Assembly (NCBI GenBank): GCA_963933835.1
Contig: CAWVVV010000001.1
Location: 224,001 to 288,000 of the forward strand
DNA from: an uncultured Puniceicoccaceae bacterium
GTDB taxonomy: Bacteria > Verrucomicrobiota > Verrucomicrobiia > Opitutales > Oceanipulchritudinaceae
Direction: 5' to 3'
Length of the DNA: 64,000 bases
Shown here: piece after piece, positions 29,078 through 40,005 of the stretch
Numbering within the stretch: the first letter of the stretch is position 1
Layout: each line of letters opens with the position of its first letter
Made by a program: the position numbers and the translations under genes
Notes under the pieces: model-generated
What the model was told of the DNA's origin: nothing
The model's input: only the letters and a program-made list of their open reading frames with translations
The model's database searches: none

Positions 29078-29941
29078 CTAGCCTCGAAAGTTAAACGGCT
29101 GCTGAACTTTGACGAAGGTCGAATTACCGTCCCTCATTGGTGGTTCAAACTCTGTCACTTCGAGGGTGAGCAGGGCACTCATGCTCAGGTCCGCGTGATC
29201 ACTTTCGATGACTCGAGGAAATTGAACCTTCCCCTCTGGGCCGACAAAGTATTCTACAACACAACTACCCTGCTGCCGAACGCCTTCTTCAGAGGTGTAG
29301 ATTCTGAGGGTCGACTTAGTCATGCGCAGCGGTGAATCAAGTTCGTTCACTTTGCTTTCCTGGTATTTGAACTTCTCTGGGGCAGCTTCATAAAGACGGC
29401 GTTCCAAGGCATCGCTGACAGATCCTCCTTGGGGCATAAAGCCACCGTTTCTCCAAGCTTCCTGCTCAATGTCGTAGAAATTCACATACACTTTCTTTCG
29501 AGTGCTGGTCGGTTCTCCCTCAACTACCGCTGCCTTAAACTCAGCTTTCTTGATCACCTTGAGCGCTTTATCGATCAGGCCCGCATGCGTCGCGTCGAAA
29601 GGCATCTGATCAATCAGTTCACCCTCAGCATCCACTTCTACGAGGATAACGGCGTGCGGTCTTGAGAGATGAAGCCCTTTGAGATCCTGAGGAATCGCTG
29701 TCCTCAGCCCCCCCTTTACTTCTAAATCTCTATCCTGAGCGATTCCCGTGAGCGGGAGAGCGCAGACAAGAAACACCAAGAGATGCTTTAGGGTTGGAAG
29801 TGGACGATGGAGACGACGTCTGAGATCGCGTTTAAAAAGGGATGACGCTTTTTCAACTAAGGCAGTGTGGAAAGAAAAACTAACTGAAGAGCCACGGAGG
29901 CCTTTCGTGCAAAACATGTAACTATTAATTAGAGTATTCAT
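29078..29941 (-). CDS. Protein with two TonB C-terminal-like domains (start uncertain)
   Basis: VILVEVDAEG...FKAAVVEGEP and CVVEYFVGPEG...FEPPMRDG...VQQPFNF; hydrophobic signal-like segment before them. Confidence 0.7.
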   Translation of the reverse strand: MNTLINSYMFCTKGLRGSSVSFSFHTALVEKASSLFKRDLRRRLHRPLPTLKHLLVFLVCALPLTGIAQDRDLEVKGGLRTAIPQDLKGLHLSRPHAVILVEVDAEGELIDQMPFDATHAGLIDKALKVIKKAEFKAAVVEGEPTSTRKKVYVNFYDIEQEAWRNGGFMPQGGSVSDALERRLYEAAPEKFKYQESKVNELDSPLRMTKSTLRIYTSEEGVRQQGSCVVEYFVGPEGKVQFPRVIESDHADLSMSALLTLEVTEFEPPMRDGNSTFVKVQQPFNFRG

Positions 29942-30243
29942 TTTTATGGTATTTGAAAGTTCGCCATAAAAATAGACTATCAATGTTACCTGTTTATTAC
30001 GGGAATATGACCATTTCATCATGAATGTAATCGTTCACCACCATCCTTCAAATCGACCCGTATCACAGATTTAATCAGAAATGCCGTTGTAATTACCTGC
30101 CTCAGAGCGCCGCATAGGTGGATTAAAGCCCAGTAGAACAGGATAACAGCTTGTACTGCAGGGGGCTAAAGTGCTCGAGATGGTCTGCACTAAGGAAGCT
30201 CTCGCCTTGCCCTTAATTCGATATGGGCAAGGATCAGCTCGAC

Positions 30244-32400
30244 ATGCCATCCACCACTCCAAGAAAGCGCGCGAAGAAAACCGAGCCCGTTTACTTCAAT
30301 CGCGAACTCAGCTGGCTGGCGTTTAACCGCCGAGTGCTAGATCAGGCAGGGGATGAGCGTTTTCCGCTCTTGGAGCGGCTAAAATTCCTTTCGTTTGTCT
30401 CGTCGAACCTGGATGAATTTTTCGAAATCCGGGTCTCGGGACTGATGCAGCAGGTCGAGTCAAAGGTTAAGACACTTGGCATCGACGGACTGGAGCCGAA
30501 GGAGCAGCTTAAACGTATCCAGAAAGCTACTTCATCGCTTGTCAGCGATCAGTATAAACGCTGGCACGAGCAAATAGTCCCAGGCCTCGCCGCCGAAGGG
30601 ATCCCATTCAAAACGAAAGATACCCTTACCGCGCGTGAAAAGGCCTGGCTGAAGACGTACTTCAAAGATCAAATCGAGCCGGTCCTCACCCCGCTCGCCA
30701 TCGATCCAGCGCACCCTTTGCCCCACTTCGGGAATCGATCGCTAAACATCCTCCTTTGGCTCCATGATCCAGACAAAGAAGCCGGCGAACGACTTCTCGC
30801 CTTCATCCCTGTCCCGCTCATCTTGCCTAGAGTCATCCGCATCCCTGGCACACGCCGTAGTCCAGACAGCTACATCTTTCTCGGTGGCGTCCTTAAGCTC
30901 TTCGCTAAAGAACTCTTTCCCGGATATCGGATCGTCGGAATTCATGCCTTCCGCATCACACGAAACAGCGATCTTTATATCGACGATGAGGAAGTCGAAA
31001 ACCTTCTCCAGACGATCGAAGAAGAGCTCTACAATTTGAGAAAGGGAGCCGCCGTCCGTCTAGAAATTGAAGGCGACATCGATGAGGCACTCCTCGAAGA
31101 GTTCCTCAAATCAATCCCCATCGCACGCGAACGCGTATACCGCATCAATGGGCCCATCAATCTGATGCGTTTGATGAGTATCTATGATGCTATTGATCGG
31201 CCGGACCTGAAGCTGCCTTCACCGATTCCCCACTACCCTCCAGCTTTACGCTTCGGTAAAACAATTTACGATGCGATCAAGAAAGAGGACTTCCTCCTTC
31301 ACCACCCCTATGACTCTTTTGAGCCTGTCGTCGACTACGTGAAACAAGCAGCGAAAGACCCTCAAGTCCTCGCGATCAAGATCACGCTCTACCGAACAGC
31401 AAGCAACTCACCGATCGTCAAAGCCCTCATCGACGCGGCAAAGGCGGACAAACAAGTTACGGTTCTAATCGAGCTCAAAGCGCGCTTCGACGAAGCGAAC
31501 AACATCAACTGGGCAAAGATGATGGAAGAAGCGGGCATCCATGTTGTCTATGGGTTTGTCGGGCTAAAAACGCACTGTAAGTGCTGCCTCATCATTCGCC
31601 GCGAAGAAGATGCAGTGAAGCGCTATGCTCACATCGGAACGGGCAACTACCACCATAAGACGGCACGTCTCTACACCGATCTCAGCCTTTTCACCAGTTC
31701 GCCCGAAATTTGTAATGAGGTAGCGGAGGTCTTTAACACGCTCACCGGCCGAGCAAAGAATCCTGTCTTTAAGAAACTGCTCGTAGCGCCTTACACCCTG
31801 CACAAGCGAGTGAATGAGAAGATCCTCCGCGAAGCTCGCAATGCTCGCAGTGGGAAACGAGCTCGTATCATCGTGAAGTGTAACAGCCTGATCGACAAAA
31901 AGACGATTGATAATCTCTACACGGCCTCACAGGCAGGGGTGCAGATAGATATCTACGTGCGCGGTATTTGCAGCCTTGTGCCCGGTCTTGCAGGTCTCAG
32001 CGATACGATACGAGTCCGCTCCATTCTCGGCCGCTATTTGGAGCATAGTCGCATCTATTACTTCGAAAATTCGGGAAGTGATAAACCAGATATCTACATC
32101 GGCAGTGCAGACTGGATGTCGCGAAATTTCCACCGAAGAGTCGAGGTCGTCGTACCTGTTGAACAGGAAGACTTACGACAGCGCATCATAGAGGAGATTC
32201 TTAGTTCCTACGCCCTCGATAACGTAGCCGCAGTACAACTACAATCGTCAGGGAACTACCGCAAAGTTTCTCAGCACCGGAGCAAAGCACCTTTCGACGT
32301 GCAAAATCACTTACTCGAAGTCGCATCTCAGCGGCAAAAAGAAGCGATTTACATCCAAGAGCTTGAAGAACCCGCACAATCCGACCCCGCCGAGGCATAG
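30244..32400 (+). CDS. ppk1: Polyphosphate kinase 1
   Basis: NRELSWLAFNRRVL, SNLDEFFEIRV, ELKARFDE, LKTHCK and SADWMSRN motifs. Confidence 0.97.
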   Translation: MPSTTPRKRAKKTEPVYFNRELSWLAFNRRVLDQAGDERFPLLERLKFLSFVSSNLDEFFEIRVSGLMQQVESKVKTLGIDGLEPKEQLKRIQKATSSLVSDQYKRWHEQIVPGLAAEGIPFKTKDTLTAREKAWLKTYFKDQIEPVLTPLAIDPAHPLPHFGNRSLNILLWLHDPDKEAGERLLAFIPVPLILPRVIRIPGTRRSPDSYIFLGGVLKLFAKELFPGYRIVGIHAFRITRNSDLYIDDEEVENLLQTIEEELYNLRKGAAVRLEIEGDIDEALLEEFLKSIPIARERVYRINGPINLMRLMSIYDAIDRPDLKLPSPIPHYPPALRFGKTIYDAIKKEDFLLHHPYDSFEPVVDYVKQAAKDPQVLAIKITLYRTASNSPIVKALIDAAKADKQVTVLIELKARFDEANNINWAKMMEEAGIHVVYGFVGLKTHCKCCLIIRREEDAVKRYAHIGTGNYHHKTARLYTDLSLFTSSPEICNEVAEVFNTLTGRAKNPVFKKLLVAPYTLHKRVNEKILREARNARSGKRARIIVKCNSLIDKKTIDNLYTASQAGVQIDIYVRGICSLVPGLAGLSDTIRVRSILGRYLEHSRIYYFENSGSDKPDIYIGSADWMSRNFHRRVEVVVPVEQEDLRQRIIEEILSSYALDNVAAVQLQSSGNYRKVSQHRSKAPFDVQNHLLEVASQRQKEAIYIQELEEPAQSDPAEA

Positions 32401-32488
32401 TCTTCTGGATCACGAAAGGGAGCAAATCCGCCCTTTCCTCTTCCTCTCGACTTGCCACCTGCTGTAAGGGGCGTCTCACTACGCCTCT

Positions 32489-33091
32489 GTGAAACAGAAT
32501 ATCGTCACTCTCGACATGGAGGGGGTCCTCACCCCGGAAGTTTGGATTAATGTAGCCCAGCGCACCGGCATCGAAGGCCTCTTACGCACGACTCGTGACG
32601 AGCCAGACTACGATGTCCTGATGCAGTATCGCCTCGATCTCCTCGACAAGCACGGCATCACGATCACTCAGATTCAGGAAGTGATCGCGGAACTCCCTCT
32701 TTTGGACGGCTGTATTGAGTTTCTCGACGCCCTCCGGTCAGAGGTTCAGCTCATCATTCTCTCCGATACCTTTGAGCAATTCGCCACGCCATTCCTCAAG
32801 CAAATGAAATGGCCGACCGTTTTCTGCCACCAGCTCATCATTGAGAATGACTGCATCACCGGTTATAAGCTACGCCAGCCAGACCAAAAACGCCAGGCAG
32901 TGAAGGCCCTCCACGGGCTCAACTACAATGTCATCGCGGCAGGCGACTCGTTCAACGACACGACCATGCTGAGCGAAGCTGACCACGGGTTTCTCTTTCA
33001 CGCCCCGCAAAACGTCATCGATCAGTTCCCGCAATATCCAGCGTTGAACACCTACGACGAGCTCCTCGCCGCCATCCGTAGCGGTTATTGA
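32489..33091 (+). CDS. thrH: Phosphoserine phosphatase/homoserine phosphotransferase ThrH
   Basis: LDMEGVLTPEVW, TTRDEPDYDVLM and AAGDSFNDTTML motifs. Confidence 0.93.
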   Translation: MKQNIVTLDMEGVLTPEVWINVAQRTGIEGLLRTTRDEPDYDVLMQYRLDLLDKHGITITQIQEVIAELPLLDGCIEFLDALRSEVQLIILSDTFEQFATPFLKQMKWPTVFCHQLIIENDCITGYKLRQPDQKRQAVKALHGLNYNVIAAGDSFNDTTMLSEADHGFLFHAPQNVIDQFPQYPALNTYDELLAAIRSGY

Positions 33092-33585
33092 GCAGGTGAG
33101 CCCGCCTCTGTGCTCGCTGAAGTTAGACGTATATACACTTCGTCGGCTTCTTTCGCGTAACGCGCCAAGTCTTCTTTACACTTAGCGAGGATCTCTTCGC
33201 TCTGAAGTAGATAGAGACGATCGTTGTGGATGACAAAAATCTCCGGATCGCCACCGGTCGCAGCTGCCCCATTCTCGCTCACACAGTAGCCACAGTAGCC
33301 ACCATAAGCCGGGGCATATTTTTCAGGATTTTCCGCAAAGCGCTTTTGATGGGAGGCGTTCGAAAAATACCAGTAGGCCCCTTGCCATTCCTGGCGAAAG
33401 ATCGAGCGTCCCTGCACCGCTTCCCCTGAAACAAAATAGGCCACGGCGTCATAGCCGCTGATCGCCACATCCGTCTGGCCATTCACCTCGGCCACACTCA
33501 CGGGGTGGAAGCCAAACAGGGGCACGGTCACAAGAGCCGTAATCAAGAAGAGGAAAATACGAAATCGGGAATAGATCGTTATCAT
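33085..33585 (-). CDS. Exported YHS-domain protein
   Basis: AISGYDAVAYF, FAENPEKYAPAYGGYC and DRLYL motifs. Confidence 0.85.
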   Translation of the reverse strand: MITIYSRFRIFLFLITALVTVPLFGFHPVSVAEVNGQTDVAISGYDAVAYFVSGEAVQGRSIFRQEWQGAYWYFSNASHQKRFAENPEKYAPAYGGYCGYCVSENGAAATGGDPEIFVIHNDRLYLLQSEEILAKCKEDLARYAKEADEVYIRLTSASTEAGSPAQ

Positions 33586-33709
33586 GAGGATGAAAAGTCT
33601 TCCTCACGCTCGAGCTAAACGCCACTCGTTTTTCCATATAAGGCGCACGGATACCTTTTGCCTTGTCACCCTAAGTGCAATCCGGCACTCCCAATTAAAC
33701 TATTTAGAC

Positions 33710-33955
33710 ATGGAATCGGACAAATTCAACGACTACATCGGAAAGCCTTTTATCGCGTTCAGCATTCTCAGCACGCTGCTCGTCTGGTGCTTTTTCACCT
33801 ACTTTCTCACTGCCTTTGTTCCGACTGAATCGATGCCATGGATGTATGTCCTGAGCGGTTTCACTGCCACCCCGCTCGCAGGCGTTTACTGCATTGCGAG
33901 CTTCATGTTCTGGCTCGTTGTTAAAGAGCAGCGCGAAGCGAAACTGAACGCTTAA
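33710..33955 (+). CDS. Small two-TM hypothetical membrane protein
   Basis: 81-aa ORF from ATG 33710 with two hydrophobic helices, filling an otherwise empty gap. Confidence 0.6.
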   Translation: MESDKFNDYIGKPFIAFSILSTLLVWCFFTYFLTAFVPTESMPWMYVLSGFTATPLAGVYCIASFMFWLVVKEQREAKLNA

Positions 33956-34097
33956 GCGCGCAATTAGCGCGATAAATGGGGCTTACCCCCCAAGGAAAGG
34001 CTCTCTAATGCAAGAGATGAGCCCAACTCCTTAAACCCGACCCGTGATCGGGCGATGTTCCAATGAGACTGACTGCACACATGCAGTGGCTCTGCCC

Positions 34098-35066
34098 ATG
34101 TCGGAACAACCTCCATTACATCGCCACTATCGGATCCCGGATCTCAGCTTCCGCGACTTCTGGGATATCTGTCGCCAATATCAGCGCCTTCGTCCGAAAT
34201 ATCGCTGCATCCTCTATAGTGTCGAAGGCTTTGGAAGCCAACTCGTCGAAAACGAATCTGATGTTTCCGTCGTTCTCCAAGCGATTGCGAAAAACCAAAA
34301 TCAGGTTCGTCGATTCACCGCCCGATTTTATCTATCAGCCTTGTCCGAGCCCGGAGACTACGGTAACTCGAAACTGGAATATCTTCCCGAGATTGTTGAT
34401 TTTCTCCCAGCAGGCCTTCACTTCTACAGCCCGGACGACGACAAACTCATCCTCTACAAGCTCGAAGACTACATCTTCAACAGCTACTATATCGAGGAAG
34501 AGCTGAACCGTAACGTCGAGTATGGTATGCCTTGTGAAGTCCTCACGGCGGTCATCGATATGCGGGGCTTCAGTTCCTTTTGTGAGCAGGCAAACATCGA
34601 GTCGCCCTACACTTGTGGTCTCATGACGGCCTTCTAAGGGATGGTACATGATGGATTTAAGCGCTACCCACCGGAGTTGGTTAAGTTCCTTGGCGACGGC
34701 GTTCTTGCGATTAGGCAAACAACCGCACGCGATCGGGAAGTCGCGATTGAAGCCTGCATCAACGGCATCCTTGAGCTCGCTCCAAAGTGGGAACAAATCA
34801 TCCGTGGTCCAGAGTTCAGCCATGGTGCCCCTTCCGGCATCGGTGCAGGCATAAGCTTTGGCCTCGCGAGTAAGATTTCAATCGGGAACGACTACCTCGG
34901 CCGCCCAATCAATTTAGCCAGTCGCCTCTGCGGCGTCTGTCCGCCAAGTACTCTTTACATCGACTCTGCAGTGCCCGAAATCGCAGGCCGCGAAGGCGTC
35001 AAAAGCACGAGCGTTCGTCTCAAGAGCTTCGGAGATAGAAAGACCTGGATGCTTCTCAGCAACTAA
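34098..35066 (+). pseudogene. Class III adenylate/guanylate cyclase-domain protein interrupted by an in-frame TAA
   Basis: IDMRGFS lies before TAA 34635-34637. KFLGDGVLA and DYLGRPINLASRL follow in the same frame. Confidence 0.88.
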
Positions 35067-35078
35067 GACTTCTCAGCC

Positions 35079-35927
35079 CTACAGCGTATCATCCTCAGGC
35101 GTCATAGCGTGCTCAGCTTCGCGTCGGCGCTCCACCTTCCCGCCGACAAAAATCGACAGCTCATAGAGCACGTAGAGCGGGATTGCCAAAAAGAGGAACG
35201 TGATCGGGTCAGGCGTCGGTGTTACGACAGCCGACAAAACGAGGAAGGCTATGATGGCATGGCGCCGGTAGTTCTTCAGCATCACGGTTGTGGCAACCCC
35301 CATGTGGATGAGCAGTAGTAGAACGAGCGGAAACTCGAAAGCCGCACCGACCCCCATCGTCGCCCACATCAAGAGTCCGTAGTAACTCGATGCATCGATC
35401 AAAAGTTCAAAGCCGAACATCTGCGAGAACATCACCGAGGCGCGCAGACCCGCTGGTAGTAAAATCCAGAAGCTGAAAGATGCCCCCGCAAGAAACAGGA
35501 CAAAGGCCGCGAGACTACCGGGAAGAAGCATGCGTCGCTCTTTCAAGGTCAGCCCTGGCGCGATAAACTTCCCCAAGAAGAGGAGCATAAAGGGCAGCGA
35601 GATCGACAGTCCCCCAAGAAAGAAGAGCTGAAGCATGACCGAAAACACGCCCATGAAGCCCCGGATATAGAGCGTATCGTCGACGCCCTCTTGTCCACGC
35701 AGGGCAAATTCGTAGGGCCAACGCAAAAGATCGGCGAACTGGAAGACAAAAACCCCAACCAAAAGACACGAGAGGAGAAAGACTCCAAAGCACTTCGCGA
35801 TCACCCAGCGAAGCTCCTCGAGATGGTCTAAAAAGCTCATCTCGACCGCAGCGCTGTCAATCGGCTCGGCAGGCGCAATCGCTTTCGAGTCTACATTTTG
35901 ATTCTCTTCGTCGGGTAGAATTGCCAT
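35079..35927 (-). CDS. tatC: Twin-arginine translocase subunit TatC
   Basis: FLDHLEELR, FIAPGL..KER, FEFP and VTPTPDP motifs. Confidence 0.96.
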   Translation of the reverse strand: MAILPDEENQNVDSKAIAPAEPIDSAAVEMSFLDHLEELRWVIAKCFGVFLLSCLLVGVFVFQFADLLRWPYEFALRGQEGVDDTLYIRGFMGVFSVMLQLFFLGGLSISLPFMLLFLGKFIAPGLTLKERRMLLPGSLAAFVLFLAGASFSFWILLPAGLRASVMFSQMFGFELLIDASSYYGLLMWATMGVGAAFEFPLVLLLLIHMGVATTVMLKNYRRHAIIAFLVLSAVVTPTPDPITFLFLAIPLYVLYELSIFVGGKVERRREAEHAMTPEDDTL

Positions 35928-36087
35928 CGGATCGTCGAGTCAAGATGGCGACTGCAACTTACAGCGCAAGCACGCGGTCTTGTCATTGACAGCTCAATGC
36001 CGAGAGCCAAATTTACGCGCTAGCTTTATCCCAATTTGTAGCGACCCCTAAAAGTCGCAAATCCTCTATACTATCCATACACTCAAA

Positions 36088-38835
36088 ATGCCCAAAAAAG
36101 TTAATAAAAAGTCCATTCCGGCCAAAAAGAAGGCCGTTAAAGCGACAAAGTATGTCTACGCGTTCGGAGCAAAAACTGACGGCGACACGACAATGAAGAC
36201 CCTTCTCGGAGGCAAAGGAGCAAATCTCGCGGAGATGGCTCGCATCGGCTTACCGGTGCCTCCTGGGTTCACTATCACGACAGGCGTCTGCACCTACTAC
36301 TACGATAATAAGCGCAAATACCCTAAGACCCTCGTCGCTGAAGTTAAGGCCTCCGTCGCCCGAGTTGAAAAGGAAGTCGGTAAGAAATTTGGCGATTTGA
36401 AGAATCCACTTCTGTTCTCGGTGCGCTCCGGTGCACGAGAATCTATGCCCGGCATGATGGATACGATTTTGAACCTTGGCCTCAATGACAAGACCGTCAA
36501 AGCCCTCGCCGATAAGAGTGGCAACGAAGCCTTTGCCTACGATTGCTACCGTCGTTTCATCCAGATGTACGGCGACGTCGTCATGGGCGTCCAACCCAAG
36601 GACGACACCGAAGCGGAACCCTTTGAGCACGTCCTCGAAACTCTAAAGAAAGAAGTCGATGTCGAACTCGACAGCGACCTCACGGCTAACAATCTCCGCG
36701 AGCTCATCAAGCGCTACCAAGTCCTGATCAAAAAGTATACCGGCGACGCTTTCCCTCAAGATCCATACAAACAACTATGGGGAGCGGTCAGTGCCGTTTT
36801 CGGTTCTTGGCAAAACGAGCGAGCAACTATTTACCGCCAGAAATACGGTATCCCTGCTGCGTGGGGCACCGCCGTGAATGTGCAAGCAATGGTCTTCGGC
36901 AACATGGGTGAGGACTCCGCAACCGGAGTCGCCTTTACGCGAGATCCCGCAAATGGCGAAAAAGTGTTCTATGGGGAATATCTAATCAACGCCCAAGGTG
37001 AAGACGTCGTCGCAGGCGTGCGCACACCGAAACCGATCGCGCAACTCGCAGATGAAATGCCCAAGGGGCACAAAGAGCTCGAGGTCATTCGCAAGAAGCT
37101 CGAAAGGCACTTTCGTGATATGCAGGACTTCGAATTCACGATCGAGAACAAGCAGCTCTACATGCTCCAAACGCGCAACGGCAAGCGGACTGGCTTAGCT
37201 GCCGTGCGCATCGCGGTGGAGATGACAAAAGAACGTCTCATGACTGAAAAAACAGCGGTGACCAAGATCCCCGCTGAGTCGATCGATAGCTTACTCGTTC
37301 CCGTCTTCAATCCAGCTGCAGTTAAAGCTGCAAAAACGATCGGCACTGGCCTACCGGCAGGACCCGGCGCTGCTTCAGGGCATATCGCTTTTTCCGCCGC
37401 TGCAGCCGAACGCTCAGTCAAGGACGGCAAGAAGGTCGTGCTTTGTCGCCAGGAAACATCTCCTGAAGACCTTAAAGGCATGATCGCCTCCGAAGGCATT
37501 TTGACAAGTCGCGGTGGCGTCAGCTCACACGCAGCTCTTGTTGCCCGTCAAATGGGTAAAGTCTGTATCTGCGGAGCCTCTGAAATCAAAATCAACTACG
37601 CCAAGAAGACACTGACTGCAGGTAAAACTGTCCTCAGGGAAGGCGACTTCATTTCGATCGATGGCACTGCGGGAACAATCTTCTCTGGCCAAATCGAAAC
37701 GAGTGACTCAGAAGTGCAGCAAGTTCTCGCCGGAAAGCTCAAAGCGAGCAAAAGCTATACGTATCAGCTTTTCAATACAGTCATGGGCTGGGCTGACAAA
37801 TACCGCAAACTAGGTGTTCGGACCAACGCCGACTCCCCTGCCCTCGCACAAGCAGCCATCACCTACGGAGCTGAAGGCATCGGACTTTGCCGCACAGAAC
37901 ACATGTTCTTCGAAGGCGACCGGATTGATTACATGCGCCAAATGATTTTGGCCGGGGAAGAAAAGGATCGCCGAGCAGCGTTGAAAAAGCTGCTTCCGTT
38001 CCAACGCAGAGACTTCAAAGGCCTCTTCAAATCGATGGCAGGCTTGCCGGTCACCATTCGCCTCCTCGACCCACCGCTGCACGAATTCGTCCCACACGAC
38101 GACGCTGCACGTCGTGAGCTCGCAGAGAAGCTCAATCTAAAGCCCGACTACATTGCCGAACGCATTCGTGCACTGCATGAAGAGAATCCGATGCTTGGAC
38201 ACCGTGGCTGCCGCCTAGGTATTTCATATCCGGAAATCACCGAAATGCAGTCACGCGCCATCTTTGAAGCCGCTGCAGCACTGCTCACGCAGAAGAAGCC
38301 AATCGATGTTCAGCCCGAAGTGATGATCCCACTTGTTGGTTTCAAGCAGGAGTTAGCTAACCAAATCGCGATCGTTCGCCGCGTCGCCGACGAAGTGATG
38401 AAAGCGAAGGGGGTAAAAATTCGCTATACAGTTGGCACCATGATTGAGATCCCACGCGCCGCTATCACTGCTGACGAAATCGCTGAAATCGCCGACTTCT
38501 TCAGCTTCGGAACAAACGACCTGACTCAGACAACGCTTGGCCTCAGCCGCGACGATATGGGTTCATTCTTCGATAAGTATAAAGAAGAAGACATCTTCGC
38601 ACAGAACCCATTCGCCAGCCTCGATCAAAGCGGCGTCGGCAAGGTTGTCGAAATTGCCGTCGAGAAAGGCCGCTCGGTAAAGAAGAATTTGAAACTCGGC
38701 ATCTGCGGAGAGCATGGGGGCGACCCATCTTCAATCAACTTCTTCCACCAGGTTGGTTTAAACTATGTCAGTTGCTCACCACCGCGCGTCCCAGTAGCTC
38801 GCCTTGCTGCAGCTCAAGCAGCGCTCACAAATTAA
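36088..38835 (+). CDS. ppdK: Pyruvate phosphate dikinase
   Basis: [39 protein letters not shown] and [10 protein letters not shown] motifs. Confidence 0.97.
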   Translation: MPKKVNKKSIPAKKKAVKATKYVYAFGAKTDGDTTMKTLLGGKGANLAEMARIGLPVPPGFTITTGVCTYYYDNKRKYPKTLVAEVKASVARVEKEVGKKFGDLKNPLLFSVRSGARESMPGMMDTILNLGLNDKTVKALADKSGNEAFAYDCYRRFIQMYGDVVMGVQPKDDTEAEPFEHVLETLKKEVDVELDSDLTANNLRELIKRYQVLIKKYTGDAFPQDPYKQLWGAVSAVFGSWQNERATIYRQKYGIPAAWGTAVNVQAMVFGNMGEDSATGVAFTRDPANGEKVFYGEYLINAQGEDVVAGVRTPKPIAQLADEMPKGHKELEVIRKKLERHFRDMQDFEFTIENKQLYMLQTRNGKRTGLAAVRIAVEMTKERLMTEKTAVTKIPAESIDSLLVPVFNPAAVKAAKTIGTGLPAGPGAASGHIAFSAAAAERSVKDGKKVVLCRQETSPEDLKGMIASEGILTSRGGVSSHAALVARQMGKVCICGASEIKINYAKKTLTAGKTVLREGDFISIDGTAGTIFSGQIETSDSEVQQVLAGKLKASKSYTYQLFNTVMGWADKYRKLGVRTNADSPALAQAAITYGAEGIGLCRTEHMFFEGDRIDYMRQMILAGEEKDRRAALKKLLPFQRRDFKGLFKSMAGLPVTIRLLDPPLHEFVPHDDAARRELAEKLNLKPDYIAERIRALHEENPMLGHRGCRLGISYPEITEMQSRAIFEAAAALLTQKKPIDVQPEVMIPLVGFKQELANQIAIVRRVADEVMKAKGVKIRYTVGTMIEIPRAAITADEIAEIADFFSFGTNDLTQTTLGLSRDDMGSFFDKYKEEDIFAQNPFASLDQSGVGKVVEIAVEKGRSVKKNLKLGICGEHGGDPSSINFFHQVGLNYVSCSPPRVPVARLAAAQAALTN

Positions 38836-38869
38836 CGGTTTGTAAGCAAAAGTTTAACACCCTTCATAC

Positions 38870-38902
38870 GTCCTCCTTCGCCTCTGCGAAGGGGGACTTT
38901 TT
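38870..38902 (+). terminator. Intrinsic terminator after ppdK
   Basis: GTCCTCCTTCGC-CTCT-GCGAAGGGGGAC-TTTTT. Confidence 0.8.
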
Positions 38903-39645
38903 ATTGATTCAGATACAAAACGTCTTCCTGAAACCATTCTCCAGCCCCGAAGTCGTAAAACCATCGGCCACCCTCGGTATTCAGTAAAGAGCTCCCAGCG
39001 AGGTAAAAATACCATACGTCCGTCGGCTGGTGGTAAAACGTATCGCCCTAATCTCTGGATGTATAGACCCACCCTATCAGCTGATCGTAAAACCAATAGC
39101 TGTCCGTATTACCCTCTCCACTACAGTATACCCATTCATGTTCGATATGGTAGACCCAAGGGAAATAGACCCCGCTGAGCCAGCCGCTACCTAACCAATC
39201 GAGTTTATACCACACTCCATCTGCCGTCACCGCGGAAGGAAAGAATTCCATCACGAATGGATTAAAGCCCGTATAGCGGCCTTCTTGATTCATACCCTGT
39301 CGAAAACGGGGCCAAACCGATGTCGGGCTCAAAGCGTTTCCTCCCCCTTCAAAAGCGATGATTCGATTTCCATGCATCCCGAGATAGAGCGTTCCATCCG
39401 GAGCGATGTTGGGTGAAGAATCGTTGATCCCCGATAGGACTGAAGAAGTGACCGTGTTCCCGTCTGGCAAATTAACATCGGCCAAAATGACATCGAAATT
39501 CTGGCTCTCGGAGGTTTTCAACCTCCGAGAGCGTTCCGGCGGCCATGACCTCCGCTCCAGAAGCTTCCAAAGAAGCAACCAGTTCGCGGCGCCAAAGGAC
39601 TTCATCCTCTAACACCAAAATCTCCAAGCCGCTTAATCTACCCAT
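38901..39645 (-). pseudogene. Chimeric remnant: response-regulator receiver 5' fragment joined to the 3' end of a PQQ-propeller-like secreted protein
   Basis: MGRLSGLEILVLEDE...AAGTLSE, a frameshift, then FDVILADVNLPDGN. This is followed by SSPNIAPDGTLYLG...WPRFRQ and Trp-rich repeats, with an internal TAG at 39048-39050 and the end TAA at 38901-38903. Confidence 0.8.
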
Positions 39646-39664
39646 GACGCAAGGTATCTAAAAC

Positions 39665-39692
39665 AAAAACGCCGAGGTCAAACCTCGGCGTT
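39665..39692 (-). terminator. Intrinsic terminator after the small basic ORF
   Basis: AACGCCGAGGT-CAA-ACCTCGGCGTT hairpin, with a T-run on the minus strand. Confidence 0.75.
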
Positions 39693-39717
39693 ATCATATA
39701 AAAATCTATTGAGAGGA

Positions 39718-39924
39718 TTACTCTTTAACAGCCGTCGCAGTAGCCGTCCCTACCGGTTCGGCTTCTTCGAGACGCTTTGCCTCGCGAAGAGCGAACAATC
39801 CGCTCTCACGGTATTGCTTCTTGCGCTTAGCAAGATGTCGGAGCCGGTGAGCGTTAGGCTTCTTACCGGGGGCTTTAGTCTTGGATCGGCGTTTGCCGTA
39901 AAAAGGAGAATTACGTCCACTCAT
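39718..39924 (-). CDS. Small highly basic hypothetical protein (68 aa)
   Basis: MSGRNSPFYGKRRSKTKAPGKKPNAHRLRHLAKRKKQY..., followed by its own terminator. Confidence 0.65.
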   Translation of the reverse strand: MSGRNSPFYGKRRSKTKAPGKKPNAHRLRHLAKRKKQYRESGLFALREAKRLEEAEPVGTATATAVKE

Positions 39925-40005
39925 GGTTTCTGGATTTCTTGGGTGAAAACCTCTACTGCCAACAAGACACAGCAACGTCGGCAAGAAAAATGACACAATT
40001 ACCGA

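Noticed and set aside
33085..33585. Selenoprotein form of the YHS protein
   Set aside because: The motif has Cys codons and no in-frame TGA
34635..34637. Programmed readthrough or alternative genetic code
   Set aside because: The codon is TAA, and TAA, TAG and TGA all end intact genes in this window
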